Notes under the pieces: generated by a model
Seen by the model: only the letters and a program-made list of their open reading frames with translations
What the model was told of the DNA's origin: nothing
Database searches by the model: none
DNA from: Andalucia godoyi And28
Lineage: Eukaryota > Protista > Jakobida
Direction of reading: 5' to 3'
Length of the DNA: 64,000 nt
Assembly: GCA_009859145.1 (NCBI GenBank)
Contig: VRVR01000008.1
Coordinates: 257,494 to 321,493 of the forward strand
Position numbers and translations under genes: made by a program
Part shown: positions 28,397 through 40,800 of the stretch, piece after piece
Numbering within the stretch: position 1 is the first letter of the stretch
Layout: each line of letters starts with the position of its first letter

Positions 28397-29233
28397 CTAC
28401 CGATTCTTGCGTTCGGAATCGACTTCCCCTTCGAACCTTTCGGGTGTTTGAACGGCCGAAAGCATGGAGAACGCAAAGAGGGACAACAGGAGAATCACGC
28501 CGCCTACAATAAGACCCTCGAGAATTGCCGGGGTGATATAAATGCAGAGTGTTTCGCAAGTCTCTGTGTCATAATAGCAGTTTTTGAAGTCATTGATGTC
28601 CAAGGGGGCAGCAGGGCATGAAGCCGACGCTGCCAGAAGGTTCATCGGAGCGACTGCGACGACAAAATCCTGCTGTTCCGCAATGTTCCTCTCGACCGCA
28701 TTCTTCAGCGACTCAAATGAATCGACGTTGACACGAACGACGCGATCCGACAAGAGCGAGGTCTGGATCTGCAAAGAAAACGGCATATTCAGCTCGACCT
28801 CCGACGACTTGGTTGCCGGTCGCACATGCGAAAACACTGCGGCAACCTCATCTCTTGAGATTTCGTGCGAGTGTGTGATCAGCATTACCTTTTGCTTCTG
28901 CTGGTTTCGCGAGGACGCAGACAAGGAGTACAGACTTGCCAGTCGTGAAGAAGATGACGACGGGGATGAGGAGGACACCGATCCAGAGTCCTCCGCGACG
29001 TGCGAAAGCATTACCAGAACGTCGTTATGCGAGTATCCGTGGTACGAAGGCACAAACGGCAACCATTCCGATTCTGACTGCGGCTGCACAGACGACGATG
29101 TCGCAGAGTCTCTCGAGAAGATGAAAGCGCGTGGAAGCGATCGCTGGTCGTCTGTATTGCAAAGCACAGACACCGACGAAGACGCCAGTATAACGCACGT
29201 AAACAAAATTGCCACAGCAGAAACTCGACTCAT
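28397..29233 (-). CDS. V-ATPase accessory subunit Ac45/VOA1-like type I membrane protein
   Basis: N-terminal signal peptide and C-terminal ITPAILEGLIVGGVILLLSLFAFSMLSAVQTPERFE, matching the Ac45/VOA1 TM plus T-x-x-RF signature. Confidence 0.65.
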   Translation of the reverse strand: MSRVSAVAILFTCVILASSSVSVLCNTDDQRSLPRAFIFSRDSATSSSVQPQSESEWLPFVPSYHGYSHNDVLVMLSHVAEDSGSVSSSSPSSSSSRLASLYSLSASSRNQQKQKVMLITHSHEISRDEVAAVFSHVRPATKSSEVELNMPFSLQIQTSLLSDRVVRVNVDSFESLKNAVERNIAEQQDFVVAVAPMNLLAASASCPAAPLDINDFKNCYYDTETCETLCIYITPAILEGLIVGGVILLLSLFAFSMLSAVQTPERFEGEVDSERKNR

Positions 29234-29235
29234 CT

Positions 29236-29272
<37 letters not shown>

Positions 29273-29730
29273 CCTTCCCTACACTATCCACCCAATACCA
29301 GTGGAGAAGAAAACAAAAAATATTGAAAATTAAAATTCAAAGGAAAAAAAAAAGACAGTGAAAAACAAAAGATTCAAAAGAAGAAATAAGGGGAAGCAGA
29401 ATGAAAACTTTTGGTGCTGTCAGCGTTCTTCGCTTTGAAAGGCGGCCTTCTTGCTGAGAGTGAAGATGTACACACTACAGAGGAAACCGGAGTAATGAGT
29501 AGCAGGTTAAGCAGAGCAGGTTTAGAATTTCTGCCGGATCTTTTTTTAATTAAAAAATAATTCCCGCCTCCGTTTGGATGACTTTCTCAGCTATTGGGTT
29601 CTCATTATTTCAATGGGGGTTTTTTTCTTCTCCTGGGTTTCGTTCTGCCTTGCGCTGATCTCACTCAAAAGTCAAAGCGACGTATCCATCGCAGCAGCAA
29701 GAACAAGGACAGCAATAAAAAAACGTAATA

Positions 29731-29991
29731 ATGTCATCGACGACAGTTACAAGCTTATCTGGAAACACGGCGTCGGCGCCACCCTCATCGTCCTCGATGC
29801 AGACGCAGGAGCAAGTCCGCGATGTGATGGATTCGCTGTATGAAGTCTCACGGATTCTCAACACGGGACTTACGCGGGACCAGCTGGCGCTTCTGCTGGC
29901 ACTTACCGAGCAAGGTGTGAACCCGGAGGCCCTATCTGCAGTCGTCAAGGAGCTGCAACGCGAGTCCACCGCCAGCCGCAGTCAATCCTAA
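29731..29991 (+). CDS. MZT1: MOZART1 (gamma-tubulin ring complex component)
   Basis: DSLYEVSRILNTGLTRDQLALLLALTEQGVNPEALSAVVKELQRE is the MZT1 consensus. Confidence 0.96.
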   Translation: MSSTTVTSLSGNTASAPPSSSSMQTQEQVRDVMDSLYEVSRILNTGLTRDQLALLLALTEQGVNPEALSAVVKELQRESTASRSQS

Positions 29992-30122
29992 GTAAACATA
30001 GTAAATGTAATGGCAATCGCCAAACTCTTCATTATCCCGATGTCCGGTCTTTCTCGTTCTCCTTGTACTTCTTTTGTTTTCATTATTGTAAAGTCATTAA
30101 AACACTACTACAAAACACTCCT

Positions 30123-31742
30123 CTACTCGTGTTGTCGCTGCCTGGGAGCAGCTCGCAAGATGTCGTCGACACGCAAGATCATTTCTGCTGCTTCTGCTGC
30201 GGCCTGAACTGCATGTTTCTTGACCTTGGCACACTCGACGACACCCATTGCTGCCATATCACCTACTGCACCTCGGTTCATATCGAGGCCTGCATGTGCG
30301 TTTCCTTCAATGTGTGCTGCCCTCAGCTGCGCAACCAGGTCGGCCGCGTCGTATCCGCCATTCTCTGCAATGACGCCCACCACTGAGCGCAATGCACGAG
30401 CAAACGCTTCGATTGCAAGCTGCTTCTTGCCGGCAGTCTTCAGAGCTGCATTGTCCACTGCAAGAGCCATGCGCATCTCGGGACACCCACCACCATAGCA
30501 CGTCAGTCTGTTCGCAACGGTCTGGGAAACGACGGCAAGCGCATCGTGCAGGGATCGTTCGGCCTCATCCAACACGTGGGACGAAGCGCCACGGAGAACA
30601 ACGGTGCAAGCTGCGGCAGCCCCGGCCTTGAGCCCCGAGAACCGGATGAGACGATCCTCGCCGATCATGACTTCTTCCACACGATCGCACTCTCCAAGCC
30701 TGATTGCACTGAAGCCTGAATCCGATTCTGTGTCAAAGGTGGACACAATGTCGGCGCCAAGGGCCAGTGCCAGGCGCTCGATGCCGTCAAAGTCGGCGTG
30801 CTCAATGGCCATGATTCCACGCTCAGCAAACAGCTGTTCGGGATAGTTGTAGATCAGCTGCCGGTTGATGATCACGTTAGCTCCAGTAGCGATCATGCGT
30901 TCCACCTTGGCACGCATGCGGCTGCGCTCGGCCTCTTCAATCTCGGCGACTCCTGCGTAAGTCTGACTACGGACTCGTGCGCCGTAGATCTTAATCTTGT
31001 CTGTGTCGAGAGCCGTGTTGCAAACGAGGACCTTGACGTTCTTTTCAAAGAGACGCGGTTGGCCAACTCCGATCTTCTTGTCAAGCAAAAATCCGTCATC
31101 GACATAGGAATCGCGGAGACCGCCACCGGGCTTCTTGATGATGTGAATCGCTTCGAGATCCGTCGATCCCTGGATGCGCATCACGGCGTCGACGGTCAGC
31201 TTGGCAAAGTGGTCTTTGGCAACATACAACACCTTGGACGAAAGGGTTGTGCGGGCAATGTTGAGCAGATCTTCACGGAACCGAGTTGCATCGTCTGCGT
31301 TCGTGAAACAGCCTCCAAGAAACGCCTCCAGTGCAACCTTGGACGCCGCACGGTACCCATCGATGATCGTCTGCGGGTGGATCTTCATCTCAAGCAGTTT
31401 CTCTGCTTCGTGGAGCAGCTCGCCACACAACACACACACTGTCGTCGTGCCATCTCCTACTTCCGCATCCTGACCCTTTGACACATCCACAAGGATCTTC
31501 GCTGCAGGGTTGTCCACCAAGATCTTCGACAAGATCGTCGCTCCGTCGTTCGTGACCGTCACCTCTCCATCCTGGCCTTGAAGAATCTTGTCCATACCCT
31601 TCGGTCCAAGCGTGGACTTTACAAGATCTGCAACTGCAGTCGCACCAATGATGTTCCCAAGCTTGGCACGATGTCCCTTTTCCTCAAAAGCACCTTCGCG
31701 AAGCACATTCACAGGATTTCCATACTGCGCTGCGGCACTCAT
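30123..31742 (-). CDS. CCT2: T-complex protein 1 subunit beta (CCT-beta)
   Basis: [62 protein letters not shown], and C-terminal [13 protein letters not shown] typical of the beta subunit. Confidence 0.97.
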   Translation of the reverse strand: MSAAAQYGNPVNVLREGAFEEKGHRAKLGNIIGATAVADLVKSTLGPKGMDKILQGQDGEVTVTNDGATILSKILVDNPAAKILVDVSKGQDAEVGDGTTTVCVLCGELLHEAEKLLEMKIHPQTIIDGYRAASKVALEAFLGGCFTNADDATRFREDLLNIARTTLSSKVLYVAKDHFAKLTVDAVMRIQGSTDLEAIHIIKKPGGGLRDSYVDDGFLLDKKIGVGQPRLFEKNVKVLVCNTALDTDKIKIYGARVRSQTYAGVAEIEEAERSRMRAKVERMIATGANVIINRQLIYNYPEQLFAERGIMAIEHADFDGIERLALALGADIVSTFDTESDSGFSAIRLGECDRVEEVMIGEDRLIRFSGLKAGAAAACTVVLRGASSHVLDEAERSLHDALAVVSQTVANRLTCYGGGCPEMRMALAVDNAALKTAGKKQLAIEAFARALRSVVGVIAENGGYDAADLVAQLRAAHIEGNAHAGLDMNRGAVGDMAAMGVVECAKVKKHAVQAAAEAAEMILRVDDILRAAPRQRQHE

Positions 31743-32142
31743 TCTCTTCTAGGCTTCTATGTAGACCTCAACCACACAAACCAACCAATCAAAAAACAAA
31801 CAAACAAACAAGAAATTTTTTTAATATAAAAACAAAACAAAAGCAGCCTTTTGGCGAAGTTCGGAAGGGCATAACAATAAATAAATGACCCAAAGGAGAT
31901 TCTCGGTCTCTTTTGGTTGAGTAAATTGTCAGTTCACAAGCAGAATGACGTTTTCGAGGCAGTGTCAGGGCGCGCCAAAAGGCAAGATAGGATCGACTAC
32001 AGTTGATTTTTTGTAGAGTTGACAATGAATTTTTTGTTTTGTTTTGTGGTTGGTCTTTTGGTCTTTTGGCAGAGTTGTAATGGTACAGTGTGTGTAGTAT
32101 GTGCATAGAGTAGTGATCGTGTTTCAAGGATTCAGACAGACA

Positions 32143-33492
32143 ATGGATTCATCAGTGTTGGTGAATACCGAGATACCGCAGCCACGATCGCCGTCGTCCA
32201 CGGAAACGCCTTCGATGCCCACGAACGCCATTTTCCCTTTTTCTTCCTCTGACTCGCTGTCGTCCTCCGATTCGGCTCTTCAAAAGTCCTCCAAACCCAG
32301 CTTCCGAGAAAAGGACAAGGACAGGGATAAGGACAGGGATAGGGATGATGACTGGTATCCGGCATCGTTTACTGAAGATTTCATGCAGATTCTGAAACCT
32401 GTAGACATCCAATTGTCTCTGTTGACAGGCGTCAAGTCTTCGTCCAAAGTGCATTGCCGGCGATTTCGTTACTGGAAAGGGGTTCCCGACAGGCTGTCTC
32501 TTGTGAAGAACCCGCTGATTCAGACAGTTCCCGTCGTCCTCAGCAGCAACAGCAATTGTAGTAGTAGTAGTAGTAATGGTGGTGGTGGTGGTGGTGGTGG
32601 TGGTTGTGCGTTTGAGCTGCAGCAAACGAGAGAGTGTCTTGAGCAGCGTGGTGGCGGACATCACTCGGTCCGCGGATCTATGGGCGTTTCTCATTCGTTC
32701 CATTACTTTGAAGTGTCCATCCTTGAGACAGGTGCCAGTGGGACGGTTCGCGTGGGGATTGTGACTTCGCGAGCCGATCTGAATGCGGGCGTTGGATATG
32801 ATGCGTTCGGGTATGCATTCTCACCGCTCCGATCTTGCATTTTGCATCTCTCGAAATCCATACCTGTCGGAATGGCCGATGCTGCATACAGTGCGAAGGG
32901 AAGCGTGATCGGCGTGCTGCTGTGCTTGCCAAACGAGAGCGAAGCGATGGTGGAGATGCACTTGTCGGAAGACATGGTGTCGACCGCGGTACCTACTTCC
33001 CGGAACGCAGATTCCGATGCGTCTGTCTATGCTGTGAAGGCTGCGATGCGGGACAAGTTCGTTGTTGTGCAGGAGCTTGGAGAAGTTTACCGAAAAAGAA
33101 AAGAGGCTTCCGTCGTGTTTTTCCACAACGGAATGCCGATTCCGGGAGCACGTATCACGGACCTCTGGCATGTGAAGTACTATCCGGCCGTCTCGATCTA
33201 CGGACCTGCAAAGGCCGTCGTCAACTTTGGCTCAACATGGGCCGCAGTCCCGGATGTCTCCTCTCTCGGTATCGACATCTCACAAGTTCGTCCGTGGACA
33301 AGTGTCGTTTCCGAGTACGAACGCGACGCAAAGGATCGCATGGAATGGATCGCCAAGCAACGCGAAATCGAACGTGCAGAAAAGGAAAAAGAACGACCAT
33401 TATCTTTGACAACAACTGCAACAACAACTGCAGCCACAGCCACGGCGACAATCACAGACATACGTTTGAGCGAATCGGTAGCAATCGATTAG
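32143..33492 (+). CDS. ASH2L: ASH2L/Bre2/TRAUCO-like SPRY protein (COMPASS subunit)
   Basis: SVRGSMGV...YFEVSI...VRVG...LNAGVGYDAFGYAF, SVIGVLLCLP, an acidic insertion, then VVFFHNG...YYPAVSIY...VVNFG: the split SPRY domain of ASH2L. Contains poly-S/poly-G and DKDR repeats. Confidence 0.8.
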   Translation: MDSSVLVNTEIPQPRSPSSTETPSMPTNAIFPFSSSDSLSSSDSALQKSSKPSFREKDKDRDKDRDRDDDWYPASFTEDFMQILKPVDIQLSLLTGVKSSSKVHCRRFRYWKGVPDRLSLVKNPLIQTVPVVLSSNSNCSSSSSNGGGGGGGGGCAFELQQTRECLEQRGGGHHSVRGSMGVSHSFHYFEVSILETGASGTVRVGIVTSRADLNAGVGYDAFGYAFSPLRSCILHLSKSIPVGMADAAYSAKGSVIGVLLCLPNESEAMVEMHLSEDMVSTAVPTSRNADSDASVYAVKAAMRDKFVVVQELGEVYRKRKEASVVFFHNGMPIPGARITDLWHVKYYPAVSIYGPAKAVVNFGSTWAAVPDVSSLGIDISQVRPWTSVVSEYERDAKDRMEWIAKQREIERAEKEKERPLSLTTTATTTAATATATITDIRLSESVAID

Positions 33493-33538
33493 GCGGAACG
33501 CACAGGTCTTTTCCGGGGTATGTGCACGCATTTATGGA

Positions 33539-33562
33539 TGCACCTGCACCTGCACCTGCACC
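33539..33562. repeat. (TGCACC)x4 in the 99-bp convergent ASH2L/CPSF4 spacer
   Basis: tgcacctgcacctgcacctgcacc, read directly. Confidence 0.9.
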
Positions 33563-33590
33563 TGTTCCTGTTTGAGTTTCCAACGAGAGA

Positions 33591-34127
33591 TCATGAATCC
33601 AAAAGCTGAGATGCAGCCTTTTCGTACTGTTCGCGCTGCTGGATCTGGTACTGTCTCTGTAACTCATACTGGAGTTCCTTTTCTCTTTGCATCTCCTGGT
33701 TGGTCTCTCTCATGATCCACGCACAGTCAAAGTTTGGGTGTGCATACTCACAAGTCCTTCCCTTTGCGCAAAACCCAGCAAAGTAATTCGGACACGCCTC
33801 ACGACGCTCATGCTTGTGTCTGCATCGCGATCCATGCTTGCAGAACCCGCGATTGTACCATGGACATTCCTTGATTTCAGTTCCCTTGCGAATGTGCAGA
33901 AACTCACAATCCGGCCGCAGACACTCTCCAGTATCCTGGAAAAACTGGCACGGAGCCATCTTGGAGCGATCGTAAACATGCAACCGATGGCACTCTTCAC
34001 CAAGCTTGCACCGTCCAAACAACCAGTATTTGCAAACGACCCGCTTCGACATGTCAGGCGGAACGTCCTGCTGTAAGTGCCGTTCGAATTGGAACTTCAG
34101 ATTTGCATCCGAAAAAAACAGCGCCAT
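33591..34127 (-). CDS. CPSF4: CPSF30/Yth1 (four CCCH fingers, equivalent to ZF2-ZF5)
   Basis: VCKYWLFGRCKLGEECHRLH, PCQFFQDTGECLRPDCEFLH, ECPWYNRGFCKHGSRCRHKH, ACPNYFAGFCAKGRTCEYAHP. The N-terminal LKFQFERHLQQ resembles the CPSF30 N-terminus. Confidence 0.92.
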   Translation of the reverse strand: MALFFSDANLKFQFERHLQQDVPPDMSKRVVCKYWLFGRCKLGEECHRLHVYDRSKMAPCQFFQDTGECLRPDCEFLHIRKGTEIKECPWYNRGFCKHGSRCRHKHERREACPNYFAGFCAKGRTCEYAHPNFDCAWIMRETNQEMQREKELQYELQRQYQIQQREQYEKAASQLLDS

Positions 34128-34684
34128 TTTTCCCTTTCCTTTTTCTCGTCAGAAAACGAAAACAGAGCCAAAACCAAAACCAAAACCAAAAGCAAGCAAT
34201 TTAAATACAGTAAATTAAAATAAAAAATAATACGGAAGAGAAAAAAGAGAGAGAGAGAGAAACAGAGCCTTGAAATGGGGCAAAAGCTCGAAATTCAGGC
34301 TTTGGAGATGCTTGGAGACTTGGGGCTTTTTGAGGCTTGAGTCTGGGATGCTTTTTGTCTTCTGTTTCTTGCGAGAGGGAATTTTCTTACAGCAGATCGC
34401 TTGTTGCTTCCGTGATTAAATCTGAAGAGAAAAAAGCATGCGCAGCACCAGGAGATCAGGAGCCACGCAAGGGAGAGGCAAAAAGAGGCACAAGAGTGTG
34501 GTGCACACTACATAGTATACTCTTCTCTTTTTATTCTCAAGATAGACGAAAATGCAAGTCAGGAAGAAGACTGGTAAGACTAGCAGACCGGGGCGGGGGA
34601 CGGGGGCCGATTACAAAGAAGAGCCGCACATCGATACTTGGTGGACCAGGTGGTGGTGGAGGAAGGAAGGAAGGAAGAAAGGAA

Positions 34685-34845
<161 letters not shown>

Positions 34846-34856
34846 CACGGAAAGTG

Positions 34857-37800
34857 CTAGGGCGAGTTGAGCTGGTCATCCGAGGCAGACGATGCGGGCA
34901 AGATTCGAATGAAGGGAATTCGAGGAATCACAGGGCTTTTCCGCGATGGTGGCGCACTCTGCAAGTCGTCGACGGACTGGCTGGCGGAAACATTCGGCGA
35001 AAACACGTCTTCCGAACCGCTGGTTGGCGGAGAGGACGACTCTGCGTCGGCGGCCTGTTCGAGACTGTCCGTTGGTCGGCGAGAACGATTTTCTCGCGAC
35101 ATCTGCGAGGGTTGTTGTTGTGGCTGCGGCGCGGGTAGCTCGCAGGGCATTTCCAACATGCCCAGAGACTGCCGCTCGGCAGAACCACGACGGCTGGTCG
35201 GCGGCTGGACGGAAGGACGCGATGTCCGCTCGGTGAGTTTCTTGTGATACGACAGCAGTGAGCCCAGGACAAACGAAGAACTAGAAGCATTCCCAACACA
35301 TATAATGACTGCACTGTCGAAAACAGCTGCATGGAGCGCTGGTGAGCACTCAAGACTCAGGATACCGGCAAAAATGTCGAGCGCACTTGCCTGGATTGCC
35401 GCCACACGGAATGCAGCAAACGTCTCACATAGTGCAGAGAACAAACGAAGGAAACGCAAGCTCACTGCAAGATCAGAAGCGTCTGCATCAGACTCGTCGA
35501 CGGATAACACCGACGACCTGCGATCCGGCGACACGGAAAGAAGAATGCGCTCAACAATGGAAGAGTAGCGCGGCTCAAAGCGGGCAAAAGACAAGTGGTC
35601 CGGACCGTCTTTGTGGACAAACGACTGCAGGAGTTCCAGAACAGAAGACATCAGGAGCTCTTTGAAAACGATCTTGCGGATTCTCGATAGTTCCGGAAGC
35701 CCGTCAAAATGCATGATCCAGTAGGACGCAACGATGCCAGGCTCTAGCAAGAGCACGTCAATCGCGAGAGAAGCGCAGCCGATAGGAATTGGGGGCGTGC
35801 ACGCGCCTCGAAGAGCGACGTGCGGGCATACGGAATACAGAACCAAGATGAGTGCATCTACGAAGAACTGTTCAACAGCATCGAGGGTGGTACGAGACCA
35901 AGACTGAACAGTAGCGATGGACTGCTCCAACCCGGTCCAACACATCGACGAAAAAAACAACTCGGGGAGAGGCCGCGAGGCAACGTAGGAGGCATCCCAG
36001 AGGGAGTCTGCAAGGCCGTCTGGTACTTCAACAGGAATCACCGCAGAAACAAAGGCTTGGGAAAGGCGAAGAACGAGAACTGGGAAGTCGTGAGCGATCT
36101 TGAAAAACAACGGTATGAAGCATTCGTGGCGAGACAATACATGGATGATGTCATCAATGTCCGCAACGACGAGCAGTTTTCCAACACAAGCGAATGATTC
36201 TGCGTCGAGATCGAGCACCTGGAGAAGATTCATCAAATCTGAAAGCCGTGACACCTGGCTCCTTTCGAGTTGGCCAACCGGGGAAGTTGGAAGACCACCG
36301 GCCAAATATGCTCCTGCATGTTGTTCAAGATACTTGAGAACCGTCGGCATCATCCAAGGATCAAAAGATTGGCGTGCAATATGCTCGCCGAGAATGGACA
36401 GAAGCGATTTTGTATCCGGCGACAGTTGTGCTTGAACCAGTGCCATCAGAGCGCACATCGTATAAGCAGCACTCGCGTGGTTCGATGCCGCTTGTTGAAC
36501 TCCTGTCAAAAAGTTTCGAAGAGGATGTCCACGGAGGAGCTCACTGTGTCCTGCCCGGACAAACCTCGAAACAAAAGCGACGACAGCGGGGAAGATGGCA
36601 AAAGCGGATCCGGAGCAAACGTCGGGATTCATTTCTATCCAATCAAGGAACAGCGTCACTGTGGCAGCACACATATGTTCGTAATCCTTGTTTGTGACCA
36701 ACGACTCGCAAACGTCAATCAAGATGCGAAACAGGGCTTCAGCATGAACCAGTTCCTTACCAGAATCCAACACCAATCTGGAGTTATCCAGCAGCCGCCG
36801 ACATAGCTGTGCGAAACCTGCACTTCGGGTTGGTCGTCCCTTGGCTACAAGAGAAACGATTCGACTGGTCAATTGAATGTTGCCCACAAGCGCATCGGAT
36901 GCAGCAGATAAGAGGCTCATCGACAAACTCGAATCAAAAAGTGTTGAGCTACTACGCATTTGATCCACTGAACAAATAGACACGATAAGTTCCAGCACCG
37001 ACGTCCAAACTTCAGACAAATGGGAATCCACCAACAATCCAGCCAAGGAATCCATTATTTTGATCAGGTCTTCCTCGGCCAACATCACACCCACATGCTG
37101 ACACCAAACATGCAGCAGCGCGAGTGTTCGCTTGCGGTCCGACGACGTCGAAGCAAATTTCAGCAGTTCGTCCGTGAAACCCGAAAGCCGATACTTGGAA
37201 AGAGATCTTGTGTGCGCCGGTAAACAGAAAACGACCACCAGAAATTCCAACATGGAAATGTCGGATGTTCTCGCAAAGGTTTCGAAGACTTCGATCAAAT
37301 CCTGCTCCCCGGTGGAGGAAGCAATCCGTTGGAAACAGTCTTTTAGAACGGTGCTGCGGCGGATAATGCGCACTATCAACGCAACAGCTCGTGTTCGTAG
37401 CCCAACGGATCTGTCCGGTGCAAAGAAGAACGAAATGAGAGACGGAAGCACAGTGCTGCAAAATGTGGAAACTGGGACAGAGGACTCCTCAGAAGTCACA
37501 GCGGATCCAAAAACCGGTCCCACAGGGAAGACCGCAGCCAAACCGATTCGGACATTATCTAAGCAGATCTGCGTGAACCGCAGGCTTTCATCAATAACGA
37601 TCGAATCGGCAGAGGACGGCAGCAGAACAGTTGTGTTCGCCAAGGCTCGTAATATATCCTGTTCTGACACAATAATGGAGCGACGACTGTCTCGAAAAAT
37701 ATGGTCCATCATTGAGAAGATATCTCGTAGTGAAGACGCGGTAGCACTTGATCGTATCATGGATATCAACTTTGCACCGAGACCACTAGGAACGACGACC

Positions 37801-40800
37801 TGGTTGATGAAGACTTCCCTTTCAGCGTTTTCCAAGCTGGAGAAGCAGGACTGTAGCACAGGAACGAGAGTCGGCACGGATTCGGAGCATACAATAGCTT
37901 GGCTGAACTTGCCAGATTGACAGCAGCGGACAACGACACTGTGGTCCGACAGCCGGTACGTTAGCAATTGCGAAGCAATCTCAACAGACATCAGCAAAAC
38001 ATCTTGCTTGTTTAGCACCGAAGAGGATGGCGAGAGAACCACGGACGCCGACCCAGCGCCAGCGCCAGAGCCAGAACAAATGGCTTCCCATAATGCGGTT
38101 TCATGATCGGATTTGAGTAGCGGTGCAGGCAAGACGCACTTCCGCCCGTTCTCGTGCACGAATGCCAGGGACTGACTGACGAGCTCAAGCATATCTATCG
38201 CAATGCTCGACGAAAACAACGTCCACATGTCGACAATCATGCTGCTTAAGAACATTTCGCACAACCGATAGAGGGTATCTCTGGCAAACCCGACGCTGTC
38301 CGAGGATCGAACAGCATTCACCACGCATGTTGAGGTACGAAGAACTAAAGAGCGCTCTGGAGCAGAGAGATTCATCGATGTAGAGCTCAGTAACGTCAAG
38401 CAAAACTCGAAAACCCGCGAGACATCGTCAGACGACAAACTTGAAAAGGAGACCGAAGCGTTCGAGAATACTTTCTCAGCAACTGAAACCACCGTCATGG
38501 AGAACGATTTTGACAGATGGGAGCTGTCGTCTGCCGAATGCAACAGCGAAATGACCTTTCCAATGCCAAATCTGGCGATCGCCAAAGCAACGTGCTCCGC
38601 TGAAGAAGTAAGCACGGAGTCCAGAGACATTACCACTTCCAGCTGCTGGCTAAAGGGAAGCGCCTCCAGCACTTCGGACGACAGCAAGAAGGGCAAAACA
38701 ACATCTGGCGCCAAGCGACACAACACCAAGTAGAACTGGAGGAATGATGAAAACTGCACAGCAACGGGGATATTGACCGCCACCACCGAAACACGAATAT
38801 CCTCTTGCGACAACGACAGTCGAACTTCGACTTTGATGTCGTCTGATGCAACGCCGCCGGGTTTGCCCTGGTGACTTCGCCAGGCAGATTCCGTAACGTC
38901 AATGAACTCTTGAATGTCCAAAGAAGGATCTTCGGAGAGCGCCAAAAACTTGGTTGACGAACTCAGAAGCCCAAGTGCAAGGTCCAGCTGAGCATAGCCG
39001 GGCACCAACAAGTTTGTCATGACCACAGATTGAATTTCCCGCAACACCGAAGCTTCATCGGATACCATGTCAATCATGAAGTTCCTAGAAAGCAGCGAAT
39101 CACGAGGGTTTGACGGAGACAAGTCCAGCGAATCTCTTCCGCCGCGTTTTGGAGAGCCCTCGCGCGCAGAACTTGTTATGCAGCTGAAAAACCGGTTCAG
39201 CGGATCGATTAGTTCCATGACAAATCTCAAACAATTTCGGAACAGAAACGCACGGGTTTGGGACATCAGCGATGCTGGGGCAACAGATGTTAGCATCGAC
39301 ACCAGCAATTCACGCCCTTCTGCGGCAGAAACGACATCAATCACTGACAATATCTTCCGAACGAGAGCATCATTCAAGTTATATGCAAACTCTTCTTTGT
39401 TGAGTTTCGGAAGAAGCAGCTGCAAAATGTTTAGGATGCATGGACCTATCGTCGCTATCAACATCGATCCCGAGTCTGGCAAGCTTGAAAGGGAGGAAAA
39501 AAACCGCGCATCGCCACCGTAAGAGATGAAATAGCTAATGAAAAGCGGATCCGCCGACATCATTTTTTGCAACAACAGATAAAGAGTCCCAGGATCTGCG
39601 GATACTTCAAAAGCAGTTGCAAAAAGCTCAGCATCACTTGCGCACAGGCCTGCTTCAAAACCTAGATTCGAACGCAGGGTGAACCATGGTGTTCTGCAAG
39701 ACGCATGCACACCGCGAATCAACATTTGACAGAAGTGATCCACTACTTTTCCCAGGTGTGAATCGGAAACCTGCCAAAGTTTTGGAGCTGAACACGCAAC
39801 ATGAAACGCCAGAGAAGTGACGGATTGCAAGAGTTCTGGGCAACGGATGGTCAGCAGGATCTCTTCTGAAGTAAATGGGATTTGCTGAAGCGAGAGCCTG
39901 CACAGCACCAGAGCATCCGCGTCTGCTAAGCGGCAACGCAAAAGCTCCAAGCAATCGTTCCAGGAAAGTGAGGAGCACAGAGCATGATGGTGCGATCGCA
40001 AGTGCGAGACCCGGCACGCAAAAGGCAAGACATCGGACACCATAGAAGTAAATGAAGGGTCTTTGAGCAGGACAGAAAGAAGGCCAAACACTCGACCATG
40101 GTCTTTGAACATCAGCTCAGCATCATCAAAAGACGCAAACAAGCGCATCAGCGATGTCCACAAAACAACGAATTCAAACGAAGATGCGTTTTTTGCCGCG
40201 CATACAAATGCTGCATCGTACAGCAAGGAGGGATTGAACCCGGGGGTCATCGCACGCAGATCAGCTGACGAAAAGAACGGAAGACTGAACAACTTCTCGA
40301 CGTACCCACAGAGCACCAAGTCCGGCCCACAAAGCAGCAGGCCGCGGCTTGCATCCCTGAATGTTTGCGCTGAGAACTCCAATAACGGAGCGTAGCGAGT
40401 GTGCAAGTGAGACTGTCCGCTCAGCAGCATAAGACACAGATCCAGCACAATGCACATTACCTGCCTGAAGCACGTGGCTGATATATCCAGCGCAAACTGT
40501 CCAGACGAAGTGTCCACTTTCAAAATCTGCAGCACAAGGTACTTTGTGGCGCCAACGATCGGGTCTACAACACCAGGCCTGATCTCAGATGGTTCAGCCT
40601 CGGATCGACTCCAATAAGACCACAGCCAAGAAAGCGCCCTTGAAAGACTGATTACCGTCTCGCAGCGTGCATCGGACGAAAAATCAGAGTCGGTGCAAAA
40701 GTTTGAAACTGCTTTCACAATTCGCGACGCCAAATCCCGGGCACCCTCGGGACAACCAAAGATTTTGGAAAAGAAGGCTCTGGAGAAAGTGTTCTTTGAG

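Noticed and set aside
29405-29550. Possible snRNA/snoRNA in the VOA1-MZT1 divergent spacer (AATTTCTG Sm-like site, T7 run, GCCTTTCA U5-loop-like)
   Set aside because: The U5 loop 1 match is imperfect, no 3' stem-loop follows the Sm-like site, and there are no U1/U2/U4/U6 signature sequences. It is unsupported without an Infernal search.
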